A stretch of DNA of 64,000 nt from Azolla caroliniana. Lineage: Eukaryota; Plantae; Polypodiophyta. The stretch is taken from assembly GCA_043228905.1 (NCBI GenBank), contig JBHGNT010000003.1, positions 4,216,001 through 4,280,000 on the forward strand, written 5' to 3'. This document shows positions 13,371-26,360 of this stretch, piece by piece. The stretch's first letter is position 1; each line of letters opens with the position of its first letter. The translations under genes were made by a program, and so were the position numbers. The notes under the pieces were generated by a model. The model saw nothing but the letters and a program-made list of their open reading frames with translations, did no database searches and was not told the DNA's origin.

Positions 13371-14567
13371 ATCCATCTTATGGTTCCAAATAAAACATTA
13401 TGTAAGCTTATCCATGCCCTCTTGTGTGATTGATTGAGGCAAGTTCGCTCATTCGAGCCGACATTTAGTGCCTTACAAGCCAACTGCGAAGAATGATGCA
13501 AACAAAAAGATTTCGAGTCTGAAGAATGTAGACATCTTAGAATCTTGGAGTAAAAGGGGGATTCAAACATATATGTTTGTTTGTTTATTTCGAACTCGCG
13601 TCTCTACTTTATTTGTCTTTGTGTTTCATTCTATCCATTGGTACCACCAGAAACAAGATCATTGAAAACATCCGAGGGCATCTCCAAAGAAAGAGACCTT
13701 GTTATTGCCCTCAATAGTCAACATACTAATACGTAACACCAAAAAAGGGCATCCAAGAAGACTAACCCACCCACTTGTTGCTAAAATACAACCCTAAACA
13801 CCATAAAACAAGGGAAATGAAAAACACCCCCAAGACCTCTTTTTGTGAACATCCCCAAGTGCGCTTAGATTTCCCTTACACCTCAAGAATGTGTTTGGTC
13901 AACCCCCATGAAGAGAGCAACAACATGCTATTGATGCAAGCAACAATGTATGTGGGCCTTTCTAGAGCAATTACATGTGTACGACTCGTTTCTCAATTAG
14001 ACAATATCTTTGAGCAATTATATGTAATATATGGCCAATCTCACCGATTTCTGTGAGGATAGGAGAAACCTCAGGGGCATTCCGAGAAATAAAAGAAAAG
14101 CTAAACCAAAGAGAAAGATAAAAGCCAATGGCATTTTGAGAAACAAAATAAAAGCTAAAGCAAAGGGGAAGAAGAGAAACCTCAGGGGCATTCTGAGAAA
14201 TAAATGAAAAGCTAATAAATTCGTCATTTGGTCTGATAAGAAAGGTTATGGGATGTTAGAGAGACATATTCATGGTTTGTAATGGTATGAAGATGTATCT
14301 CTCTATGTAGATACGTAAAGATGACTTACAAGTTGTAATAGTGGTTTTTTTTACATTCAATTAATATAATTGTGTGATTTTACCAAAAGAAATAAAATAA
14401 AATAAAAAGAAATAAATGGAAAGCCAAACCAAGGAGAAAGAGAAATCTCAGGGGCATTCAGAGAAATAAAAGGAAAGCCAAAACAAAGAGAAAAGAGACC
14501 CAGCTTCAGATGCTCTGTTTTTCTGTGTGTGTTTGTGTGTGTGTAGGGTAGGGGTGGGGACTCATCC

Positions 14568-14569
<2 letters not shown>

Positions 14570-14611
<42 letters not shown>

Positions 14612-14616
14612 CAGAG
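14570..14616. repeat. (AG)n microsatellite upstream of the UBP27-like gene
   Basis: Seen directly in the sequence. Confidence 0.95.
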
Positions 14617-14671
14617 GAGATGGTGTACTTAATAATAGTACTAAGAAGAAGAATGAATTGATGCAGTGAAG

Positions 14672-17600
14672 ATGAAGGATCCCCTCAAGCTCACCACTCA
14701 CCACTACTTCTCCCTTTGGATCACTCTCCTTGGTGCAGCAGGGTCAATCTTCCTTCTTCGACGCCGACTCTCTCTTCCTCTTACGCCCCGCAAGCCTGGC
14801 CCCAGTCCGGCTCTTCTTCTTCTTCTCCGGCTCTCTGTCCCTGGATTGCGGAACCTGGGTAACAATTGCTTCCTTAATGCCATCCTCCAGGTCACGTTCT
14901 TACTCAGCTTCTTTTTCTAATTTCCAAGATTTTTTAAAATTATATGTATGTATTTATACGAACTGCCATGATTAACTTTTATGGAATCCACAAATTTGGC
15001 ATTGTTTGTATGCCTTTTCTATATTTCATTTTCTATGTCTAGTTTTGATGACATTTCCTTATAGCATATATATGATACATGTGTAGAGAAAATTTGTTCT
15101 AGCATATTGACACATGCATGATACGTAGGTGGTATCTCAATTTCCACTCATGTACCATTTATGTATCAACAGCATGCAATTATCGTATCTCCACACATAT
15201 CATGTATGTCTCAACGTATAAGAGCATTTCCACATGTATATTATGTCTGTGTTCACATCTAATTTCATCTTCACATGTATCATGTATGTATCCACATGCA
15301 CAATCATCAAAAGAATCCCCATATATGTGTGATGTATGTATGAGCATGCAAGATCACGAAATAGAATCTTCATATATGTCTCATGTGTGTGTGTGTGTGT
15401 GTGTGTGTATCAACATGCAAGGTCGATTAAAAACAACCTGATGCATGTAGCAACATGGAATGCCATCAATTTTTTATATCCATGAAATATTTGTTTCATT
15501 AGCATGTATGGAATGGACACCTTTGGTCTCTCTGCATAGCTTTACATAATTAATGCCATGTCAAATTTGATGTTCTGGCACTGTGATGCATACATGATAC
15601 ATGCATGTGGCAGATTTTGAAAGGGTCTTGTAAATATTCTATAGTTCTTGCCTCTGCCATGTTTTTGTAAGGCATTACTCAAGTTATGCCCCTTACATGA
15701 GTTTCCACATGTTGTCAAAGCCCTTGCCAAGGATGTATCTGATACTTTAAGGGTCAATGAAGAAGCAATCTAAATCGATTTTTTGTAGAGCTTGAAATCT
15801 CAAACATAAGCAAGGGACAAATATTTAGCAATTAGAAACTCAAATTTATCTGGTGGATAAATTTAAACTTCTAATTGGTTTTTATAATTTCTGTTAATTG
15901 GTTCACGTAATGTCCAAGGACATAATATTTGGTTTCTTCTGAAATATTGAATGTTTTCTGTGTCTTTTTTTGGATGTCCCTACCAGGCACTTGCAAGCTC
16001 TGAGGTGGTGCTATCCTATTTGCGGGGATATGAAAGAGACAAGGTGGTATCGTCATTTACTGGATTGGAGGGGAGCTGTCCAACGCTACCACTTACCGAG
16101 GCTCTTATAGATCTTCTAAGCGGTACCAAAGAATCTGACTCGAGAATTAGTTCTCTTAAACAATAGGTTTTTCTATTGATTTTGACCTTTCCACTTCAAC
16201 TTCCAGAACTGTCAATGCTTAACAATGAGTCATCTGTTGCAAGTCCACGTCATGTCATGCTTGCTCTCAAACAATATGCAAAACATTTCAACCTTTCATT
16301 ACAACAGGTTCATGCAGCTCTCCTTTTATTTTCTATACGTGCTATGTGTTACAGATTAATGTAACACACATAACCTTAATTAGCAGCCAATATTTAAGAT
16401 TTTTCTCGTCCTTTTCCATGTTTAAGCTATTAGTTATAGTTGTTTTCAGTAGATAGTAGACCCCTCCTAGTCTTCTTCATGTAAATATGAGGTTCTAACT
16501 TAGTCATTATATGATCAAATTTATTTTGATCACGATCCTAGTTGCTGTGTTGTTTTATCACAAGTTAACTTTTGAGAGTCTGAATGAGCATCAGGATGCA
16601 GCAGAAGCATTTGCTCATCTTATAGATGCATTACAAGAGGAGCGATCAATATGTTGTGAGAATCTTAGATCATACAAGGAGTCCTTTTCTAGTACTTTGG
16701 GGATGTACATGGATGGGAGTCCATTGAAGAGGATTGTGGAAAGTGATAGCAAGAAAGAAGGTACCTCGTTATATTGTTGGAAACCACAGTTTCAGTTTCC
16801 AATTGAGGGCACAATGGGAAGCACGCTTACATGTCAAAAGTGTGGATTTCAGGTCTGTTTTTTCATTTGTTATATTGATCTCGCTTAACAAGCAATATCT
16901 CTGCTGTCTAGCTATCCCTCTACCAGTGGTAAGGAACATAAAGGGTTTTTCACCTCTGGATTTCTGCTGCAGTTTTCTGTCATGTTCCAGTCTTTCCATG
17001 ATGTGCCACTTTCTCCTCCACAGTGGCCGGACGGTAACATTGTAAGATACTCCATAAAATTCTTGGGATTATCGGAACAATCAAATAGAAAGGAGTAATT
17101 ATCTTAAAAAAAATTTGTTCTGAAATTTTCAGGAAGTTGGATGCAGTTTAGAGGCTTGTTTACAGCGATTTACTGCCCCCGAACGCATCACTAATGTCAG
17201 GTGTAGTCAGTGCGCACATGTTCTCATTCTCAGCCTCCTAAAGCAAAGAGTGAATCCAAATAAGGTTTGAATATATTGCTTCTACTTTTTTCAACAGGAT
17301 TGTGAGTCGTGAAAATCTTGCCATTTTGGTAACAAATAATCACTAGCTTGTTTGTGTGGATATGTATGTAGGTTTTGATACAAAGTATTGAGCAGTGCAC
17401 CTTTGGTGATGATTGTCCTTGTGAAGATCTGGTGAAACAAGAGGGTGAAATATGGAGAAATGTCTATGTTAGTGCTTGGAAGCAATTAAGATTTGGTCAA
17501 TGTCCTCAGGTAGTATGCAAGGATTTGTATATGATTTTTGTCTTTTAAATTAAACAAAATTGTCTAGAAAATGTTTAGAAACTGGATTTGCTAAATGATC

Positions 17601-18782
17601 CCTGTTTTATTGATTCGTGTAGTTGCTTTGTTGTCAAGTGCAACGTGCTGTGATTAGTCGGACTGGAGAATTGATGAAATATACTGTAAGAGTGCATAGC
17701 ATCCCGAATCTATTAAACATGTAATTTATACTAAGCTAAGCTCTTTTAGATGTACTGATATTCCTGCTTTGGTTATGTGCATATTTCAGCATCATGTATC
17801 CTTTCCACTTGCCTTAGATCTTTCACCCTACCTGATGATGTCTTCATACTCTCAAGAAAAGCTTTCTTCCGCGTTCAATCCTTTGACTTTGTCAAGGGAA
17901 GCAGATATAGTACAGAAGTATTCCTTGCAGAAAAGGTCAATCGAAATGTTTGGTAGGAGTGATCCTTCTTTTTATAAGAGGCCATTAAGCACAGATGAGG
18001 CTAATTCTGATGACACACATCTGAGCATATATAGTGGAAGTGAAGACCTTTCATCGGATGCATCATCAGAAAGCATGAATGGGCAGTCCAGTGAAGACAA
18101 TTGGAAGGAGTCTTCTGATCATCGCTTCCAACCAGAGGACTGTAGCTCTTCCAATAGATATGGAGATCCGAGTTTTTGTGGTCTTCTGGATGGAGATCTA
18201 CCACACCTAAGATTTCAAAATCTCAGAGATTCTTCTGTTTTGTTTGATCCTAATATGATAAGGAACCAAACATATGATAATTATCACATTGATTCAAATT
18301 CTGCTTCAATGCTAGCTTTTGCTGATCCTGGTCACAAAGTTGTTTTTAACAGCTCCGATAAGCTAGCGAAAGATTATGAGAACCCAAATGATGTTAGGAA
18401 ATGGATGTATGAACTTGTATCTGTAGTTGTGCATAGTGGATCTCCAAAATCAGGGCATTACATTGTCTACAGAAGAGCAAAATTCAAGAGAGCAGCATAT
18501 ACACAGGAAGCTGAATGTTTGAGTGAGAGCATTATGGCCGAAGAGAATCCCTGCAAGACATGTAATGATCATCTGGACACCTCTATGGATAAATCCTGCT
18601 TTGATGCACTGAACAATGGCAATGACATCGGTGATTCTTTGCAGAAGTTTATTAATCAGGATGAGTTGATCATATGGTTTAGGGTTTCAGACTCTTGTGT
18701 GGATATGGTATCAGAGGCTGAAGTGTTAATGGCACAAGCAAGCCTACTTTTTTATGAGCGACAAATATGTGAGATGAAATAA
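14672..18782 (+). CDS. UBP27: Ubiquitin-specific protease (peptidase C19), UBP27/USP30-like, ~702 aa
   Basis: Exons 14672-14890, 15987-16122, 16207-16307, 16595-16852, 16973-17041, 17133-17264, 17372-17509, 17623-17685 and 17790-18782 sum to 2109 nt in frame. N-terminal hydrophobic anchor, Cys box GLRNLGNNCFLNAILQAL, QQDAAEAF, His box YELVSVVVHSGSPKSGHY, WFRVSD, ASLLFYE. Confidence 0.9.
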
Positions 18783-19371
18783 GTGGCAAACTGGTGCCGA
18801 CATCTTCATTTATTTGGAGCTCTGTTTCCAAGGTTAAGATTGCAAGAAGAATTCGACAATTTTGTTAGCTGGTCTAAATGGGGTTTATAAGATATGCATC
18901 TTTCAGTGAACTCCTTAGTGTTACATCAACACGCTAAAACTCGTTCTCTCCCTTTTTAACATTTGGCCATAAAAAATTATCGAAGGATGGTTTTGTATTG
19001 ATATTAAATCAATCAATGTATATTTGAGTTTGCCTATTCATGGTTCATTAGCACCATTCACATGTAGCTCACTAAGACTATGTATTCGAAGCGAGTAACC
19101 ATCAAGAGTGCTAATTGGAGCTAATTCTTACATTAGTTGTCTCTAATTGTGTAATGAATGCTTATTTACATATATTGTTTTATGACATTCCCTCAATCCA
19201 AATAGGCATCTAACCTAGTTTGAAAGACTCAATAGGGTACCAATGAGGACTAGAGAACTATAATTTATTCAATTCAATTGGAATATTGTTGCATTTGGTG
19301 GTGGATTGACAAAAGTAGGTTGTTGATCATTGACGGGGCATGGAAGTGCAGTTCATCATTTAGAGTTAAAT

Positions 19372-19408
<37 letters not shown>

Positions 19409-19412
<4 letters not shown>

Positions 19413-20664
19413 GGTCCCACATGACATTATTAGGGTTGAGTTCACTCTACCCCCTATGTTAGTAGAAGCACTTTTTCAACTTGTAGTCTTTATCCATAAG
19501 ATACATAACCAACCACTTGATAGAATATCCCATCAAGTCTTTAAGGCTTCTTGAGCATTGTATGAGTTTGGCTATACTAGCTCATGGTATGGCATGATGG
19601 TGAGTTGGCTTCTTGCCAACGGTCTAGACATTAATAACCTCCCCCCCCTTAAGTACGACCACACGACTGATAACACTTTAATCTCTCATGAGGACCGTAA
19701 TAAAGTAATACGCCAAGAAATATGGCAAATTTATACTCGGTATAAATGGATCACCCCACTAGAGCCACTCCCATCTAAAATGTTGTACTATAAGGAACAC
19801 TTTATGCACTTCTCTAAGTTAGGTTTTATCACGCGACCAAGATATCTAGATGTATTCTTACCACATGCACTAAGGGTTGCCATTGGTCAACTTAAAATAT
19901 CATCTCACCAACTTAAGATTGAGAATGGATGTACTAATGGAGTCCCTAGGGAGGAAAGGATATGTAGGTTATGCCACATAGAGATAGAGGATGAGTACCA
20001 TTTTACATGCAAATGTCCCACTTATGCCGAGATAAGGGCAAAATACCAAGACATACTTGGTTCCTCTCCCACCCTCCCTAAACTATTAGATACACTAGAT
20101 ATAAAGAAATTAGGTAGATACATCTTAGAATTGAAACAACACACAGAGAATAAGTTACAAAACGTTGATAATAATGTTGCTAATGTTTACCAACATGTAA
20201 CAAATGAAGTTTTTCAGGAACAGGGGGAGACAATGAATGTCGACATACCTGCTCCACTCGGGCTTTTCCTTGATGAAGCAGAAAATCAAAGCAGAACCAA
20301 ACACCCTTAGATGTCGGGTTTCAAAGCAACTCGATGAGATGTAGAAGCAATAAAGAAAATAAGGGAACGTGAACTACACCGCCTAGAAGCCATGGCTAGG
20401 GCACTCTATGCATCGGGACCATGGGTCACACCCACACCAAAAACTTTTGACCTCCCACTTCTTTTTGAGAGACTTGGGTGGAAATGAGATTAGGCTTAGT
20501 GCAAAGTTTTGTACACTACTAGAACTCTCTTAGCTTAAGCTATTTTCTTTTATTTTAGTTTTGATGATTGGATAAACACTCATTTTTGTTGTAAACCAAT
20601 TGTCTCATGGGCCAAATTTGGCCTTAGAAGACATTAATATATCTTTCTTTCTTCTTTCTTTCTT
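19409..20664 (+). mobile_element. 5'-truncated RTEX-like LINE (ORF2 C-terminus, 3' UTR, (TTTC)n tail) within a (CT)n tract
   Basis: ORF 19558-20310 contains ISSHQLKIENG..VPREERICRLCHIEIEDEYHFTCKCPTYAEIR (CCHC). The 3' end is GGCCTTAGAAGACATTAATATATCTTTCTTTC, and (CT)n lies on both sides. The RTEX clade call rests on motif style only. Confidence 0.8.
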
Positions 20665-20696
<32 letters not shown>

Positions 20697-20714
20697 CAAT
20701 ACACCCTTCAACTT

Positions 20715-21740
20715 TCATAGGTATGTTCTAACTCTATGTCTACCATAAAATATAAAAGCATTGTGCATGTCCCAAGTATGATGCAACCCAAAATGGGTAA
20801 ATGACCTCCATCTCTGATTTTTTATCAATATATGTGATTTGTGCAAATAACAACATAACAGAACTTGCCAAATAAGAGAAAATGTAACACCAAGTTGGAT
20901 AGGGAATCGAACATTGTATGAAATGATGAGTACTATCTTCCACTTGAACAATGCAAAAGAAGCAATTGTTTGTTGCTAGTCCATGTCTCTTTAGACACAA
21001 TTTCAAAGGCAAACCCCCAATCAATACTCTCCAAATGAAGACATTGACTACTAATTACAATTTAAAATGCCAACTATGTTTCAAGATTCGTCACATCCAT
21101 ACTTAGAGTTAAGTACCTTCCATTCTTGTTCAAAGCAATCAATGCCATAAAACTAGTCAAAACATGTTCCAAAGTTGTAAATGTGTTTTCATGCACCGCA
21201 TCCTTGGGGCCGTTTGTAAAAACCTTTTTTGGGGGTTTTCTACTTTGACGAAAACCTAGAGGATTCAATGGATTTACAACCTGTTCATGTCAAATTGAAG
21301 TCAAAGGGGTAATCCCTTATCTCTAAATTGTCATTGCCAACCAAGGAACTTTTTGAGACCCCTGCCTTGTTCTTAAACTAACTTACCAAGCGATCTCAAG
21401 AGTAGTGGAAAAACTATTACGTTGCATATTCCTTGCATTCTCCTTTGACTTACCTTTTACATGTTGCAAACCATTACTATTTGTTTTTTCTCCCGTAGTT
21501 ATAAGCACTAGATTTTGATTTAGCGAATCCACCAATTGATTTCCCTTATTCTAAGCCCAAAACTTCGAAGTGGGATATCCTTGTTACATGCTCCAAACGA
21601 TGTTCCTTCATCCATAATAGCCACAATTTCTGACAAATCAACATCTCCCCCAACTCTGTTACCAACCCCTTCATTAGGGAACTCCATAGACAAAGGATGA
21701 TTAACTTGGCATTCAACAATAAAGTAGGCCCCATTCGCTA
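20715..21740 (-). mobile_element. Degenerate L1-type LINE ORF2 3' region (zf-RVT)
   Basis: WRVLIGGLPLKLCLKRHGLATNNCFFCIVQVEDSTHHFIQC, with a fragmented reading frame. Confidence 0.7.
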
Positions 21741-21878
21741 GATGTTAAAGAGAAATAATGGCATATTTACGAGCCCTATGAGGTTCAAGGCCCGAAGGTG
21801 ACAATTTGAGTCCATCCCATCCTCTTTGGTTTAAGTACTCGGTGGTTCTGCTCCTATTTCACACACACGTGTGTATTC

Positions 21879-21881
<3 letters not shown>

Positions 21882-21935
<54 letters not shown>
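21882..21935. repeat. (CT)n microsatellite
   Basis: Seen directly in the sequence. Confidence 0.95.
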
Positions 21936-21940
<5 letters not shown>

Positions 21941-24900
21941 AAATCGATGTTATTATTAAAAATAAGATGATAATACAACTCTTGCTATCATTAGTAGTGA
22001 TACTCCAAGGGAAACCCTCTCAAGTGTTGTAAAATTAGATGACATAAGTCTATCTCCTCTTGGAACAACATCCCCCCCCCCCCCTCTCTCTCTCCAAGCT
22101 TCTTTGTATCTCATGTATTTTCACATATTTTCCATGTTTATTCATAGGTTCATGACAAATGGTGTACCTTTCATACTACATATTTCCTTGACGTCCATAT
22201 GCCAAGCGTTGACAATCATTTCCTTCATTGTAGGTGGTCTTCGCATTGTATTCATTGAAGTTAATTCATGCTTCTCTCTTTTATTGTGAGGAAAGTTTTG
22301 GCCTTGGTTGTTTTAGATACTATATCACCTTTGAGGGGTTGCTTCTTTTGGCCCTCTCAACATCTTCTTTGTAAAGAAAGGTGACAAAGAAAGCCATCAC
22401 ATAATAGTGAAGAAAGTTTGATCGTGCTAAGGTTTTAATTACACGAAATCTATCAAATATATAAAAGTGCAAATCTAAATGGCAATATATGAAAAAGGTG
22501 GGCCAACTCCAAACATCATGCGATGCTTCTCTTGAAGGTAAGCGTTTTTGTGTTTGACATTGATGTAAATAATTCAATTATGTTCTATAAAACAAGCTCC
22601 TTTAAGTTTGAAATTTGAAAGAATTGGAATTGTAGCTAGGTTATAGGTTATTTAAAAGTTTCATGCCATTTAATTACAAATTGTTGTGCATTTTTTTTCA
22701 TTCATTCTACCAGAATGGCCTCAATGAGATCTATGAAGCCGAGGTAAGCATCTTGATCTCAAAAGATGCAAACTTGAGATTTCGTTTGGTTGAGTTTTTA
22801 TTATTCATTTAATATACAACTTTCTTTGCATTCACTCCAACAAGATGTCCCCCAAGTTAACAAACTCCCATGCACAACTTGCAACTACAAAGGTCACTGA
22901 AAGATTCTCCTTCATTGAGGATGGCAACTATATTGCTCTCAACCACTAGTTTCCAAAAAGAGGCCATATTTTAAGGAGAAAGAGTTGCTTTGCAAGTTTT
23001 CATATTTCAAGGAAAGAAGGTATGTGTTTGCATGTTCTTGGATACGATCAATCGTTATGGACATGTGCAAACATGTCAAATACAAACCAAGCCATGAATA
23101 GATATCTTAGGTTTAATACATATTTAAAGGTGATAAACTTAGTTGTTTGCTAGTAAACCTAATGCAATTACTATAAATTAGAAATAGTTAATGCATTCAC
23201 CATTATATCATTTATATGTTGGTATCATGTGCAATTTGTTTTTGCATATCCACAAATAAGAGTATGTGCATATGCATGGAGGGATGGATGGGTATGTGTG
23301 CATATTTTTGTGCATGTGTGATGCATGCATGGATGCAGATGCGTGTGCCACTTTAAGGTGTCGTACTAGTAATGCAATGCATTTCTAGAAAGAAAAACGT
23401 GTTCTGTGTGCGCTTGATTGTAAGAGCATATACACGATATCTCTTGAGCGATTCACAAAAATAAAATTATAACGACAAGACATATACAATAGAACATTGA
23501 CCATGAAGTTCACGTAAAAAGAAACTGCAACAATGCTTCCAATAAATCATCTAAAGCAAATCCAAATGGAAAGTATAATAAAATAAAAACATTGAAAAGT
23601 ACTACAAATGTACCCACAAACCTAATGTCAAGAAGATTTTAATGAATGAAAATTTTTAGTACCCAAAGCTAACTAGAAACAAAAAGTACCTCACTATGGA
23701 AATTTATAAGGCGATCAACAAAGGTGTGAGTCAATTTGGTACCTTAAATGTGTAAAATCTAAGCCTTGAGGGTAATGTAAGCATGCTGTGTCTTGTTGTT
23801 GACTTTCCTTTAAAAATAATACATTCACTTTGATACGAAAACATGTTCTTGAGAATTTCAATGTAGGGTTCAGTGAATTTAATTTAAACTTTGTAGCCGA
23901 AAAGGTAACCACCCTCTCCCATTTAAGTGGGTATATGAGGAAACAATCAACTCGGTTGACATTGATGTATGTGTCTCTCTGTATGTGTAGAATTAAAGGC
24001 TAGTATATAGAAAAGAGTTTGGTGTTAATATATATATAATAACACAAGAGCAACTTGAGGTTGGAGACAAGTCAACACATTTTTCCGCCATCCACTTCAC
24101 TTCCCAAGTCACTAAAGCATGGCAATACATGATAGTGATACAATGTGAAAACATTGCATTTATACATTAGACACGGCACCTTTGATGTACCTATGAATGT
24201 ATGATTTATCTTGGTAAAACTCAAGAAATTTAATACATAAATGGGATCATGTAGTGGTTCTATGCCGAAGAAGAGGCAAATTTGTCTTGATCTCCTTCTC
24301 GTCTAGCTTTTTGCATCAGGTTTCTCCTACTTTCTTGAATTCCTCCCCCACCCCCTCCGTTGTTCGTTGACTCTTTATCCTCCTTTCTTTTCTTATCCAA
24401 TATGTACATTCATGATCCTTGCAACATTCACTTTGGGATAATCTGTGTTCACTTGCAATTTCAAAACACCTTGTTACATGTATGTGGTAGTCAAACTATT
24501 ACATTAGGAAAGCATTGATGTCAAAATTTTCCTTTAAAAGTAATGGGTGTAAACTATGCACATAACAAATTGGGCCCACTTAATTAGCGTAATTGCAGTA
24601 CATGAGGTCCAAATTAAATTCTACGATCATTTATATATCCCTCCAAACGAGTTATTGTGTTATATGGTTACAATGACTATGCAATATACGAACTAATAAA
24701 TACACATTTATCCCTTAATCACAATGTACATGTTTAACTAACTTTCTTATGAAACCGTTTTGACATGCAAATTTCTCCTAGTGATTTTTTGTTTGAGATT
24801 GCAAGCAAACGAGCATCGTTTTCTTCAAAAAGTGTAGGTATCATTGGAAGCAAAGTACATGTACTATTCAAATAAAGTATTTGGGTAGCTTTTTGGACAT

Positions 24901-26360
24901 ACTTTTATGCGTCTTGGTTAGCTTATCCTCACATATGAACATGTCTCGTATTTTTGCCAACTGACAAATCCAATTGTCTTATTTCATAAGTCATCATCTG
25001 GGTAATACTCTTATTGGCATGTGCGACTTTATGGCTGAGCCAATACATCATTCCGTATAAAGTTTGGTTATCTAAGAATCTTATGACGAAGCATAACAAT
25101 TGTACTCCCCTTTAGCTCATGCACATCCAAAGGAATATGAGTACTTTAAGACGTTCCTTCCAACTAAGCATCTAAAAAGTTCAATACATATTAGTTGGCA
25201 TCATCAGTTCATGGCATGCACTTACAATAATTTATCCATTTATACAAACATCAAATGCCAAGGTCTAGAACTAATTTAGCGATAAACTTATGAGCAAATG
25301 GTTCATGAGCACATGACATGATCATATAAGTAAACAACAAACTTTGAATGGTAATTAATAACTGACATATAGATCTAGGTGTAGTGACAACAATGTAAGG
25401 ACTGATAGTATTTTAGTATAATCCTATGCCAATCTGACAAACAAAAAAGAATGAAACTTTTACATGACATGCCATCCAGGAAACTATTTGGGTATTCGGG
25501 AAGGTTATTTAAATATGCCTATTACGTTTGAGAAAATAAAAAAGTCAAAGTTGAGGCTCTTAATAACAAGAGAATTAAAATCCATGAATTGGGATCAAGG
25601 AAATAATTATTTTCTTCATCACATTAGTGACATAATTGGAAATTTCATAATCACTAATTAGATCTGAGAAATATTATACATAACATTAATCTAAGAATTA
25701 ACATTGTTCTATAGTCATTTGATTGGGTATCATACTTTTGGGAAGCCTTGATTGATGAAACTCATTGGAGTCAATATTTTAATTGTCAAAGAATTTAATT
25801 GGACTATCCTCTTTAAATGTTTTGACATAATGTGAAACGAAGTACTACCCATCTGCACTATACAAAAATTCATCATTCACTCATACTTTGCTTCTCATTT
25901 CTCTAGGTTTCTCTCACATAGTCTCTCTCACACTCATTGTCTTGCATACTAATTCATAATTCACCAATACATTTTTGAAATAAGAGGACAAAACACATTG
26001 TATTATGTGGGTGTAAGCTCTTGGTCATATATATACAAATAGTCATATGTACCTTGGTTTCAACAAAGGAAAGATTATATGTTGTATGTTTTTCCTTCAC
26101 ATTGGGAAGCTAAGATTGCCATAAGCTTTACAATTTATACTAGGGTTAATTTACATTGATCACATAGTCCAAAAAATAAGTAAAGTTTTATCCTTCAGAG
26201 ATATGGTTAGGTCATGTTTTGTTGGCGATCACAAGACTGGCCTTGGCAAAACATGAGAACTAATTCACTAATTAACTCTCACGATCATGTTCGAATTCGA
26301 AGAAGAATGTTGGCATGAACAAAATAAGCCGTGGGATGTCTTGAGAAATATCTCTTCATG

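Noticed and set aside
24500-25800. Possible decayed CACTA transposase on the minus strand
   Set aside because: Only a faint LDV(M)H-like word is visible, with no sustained frame or termini. It needs a TBLASTN search.
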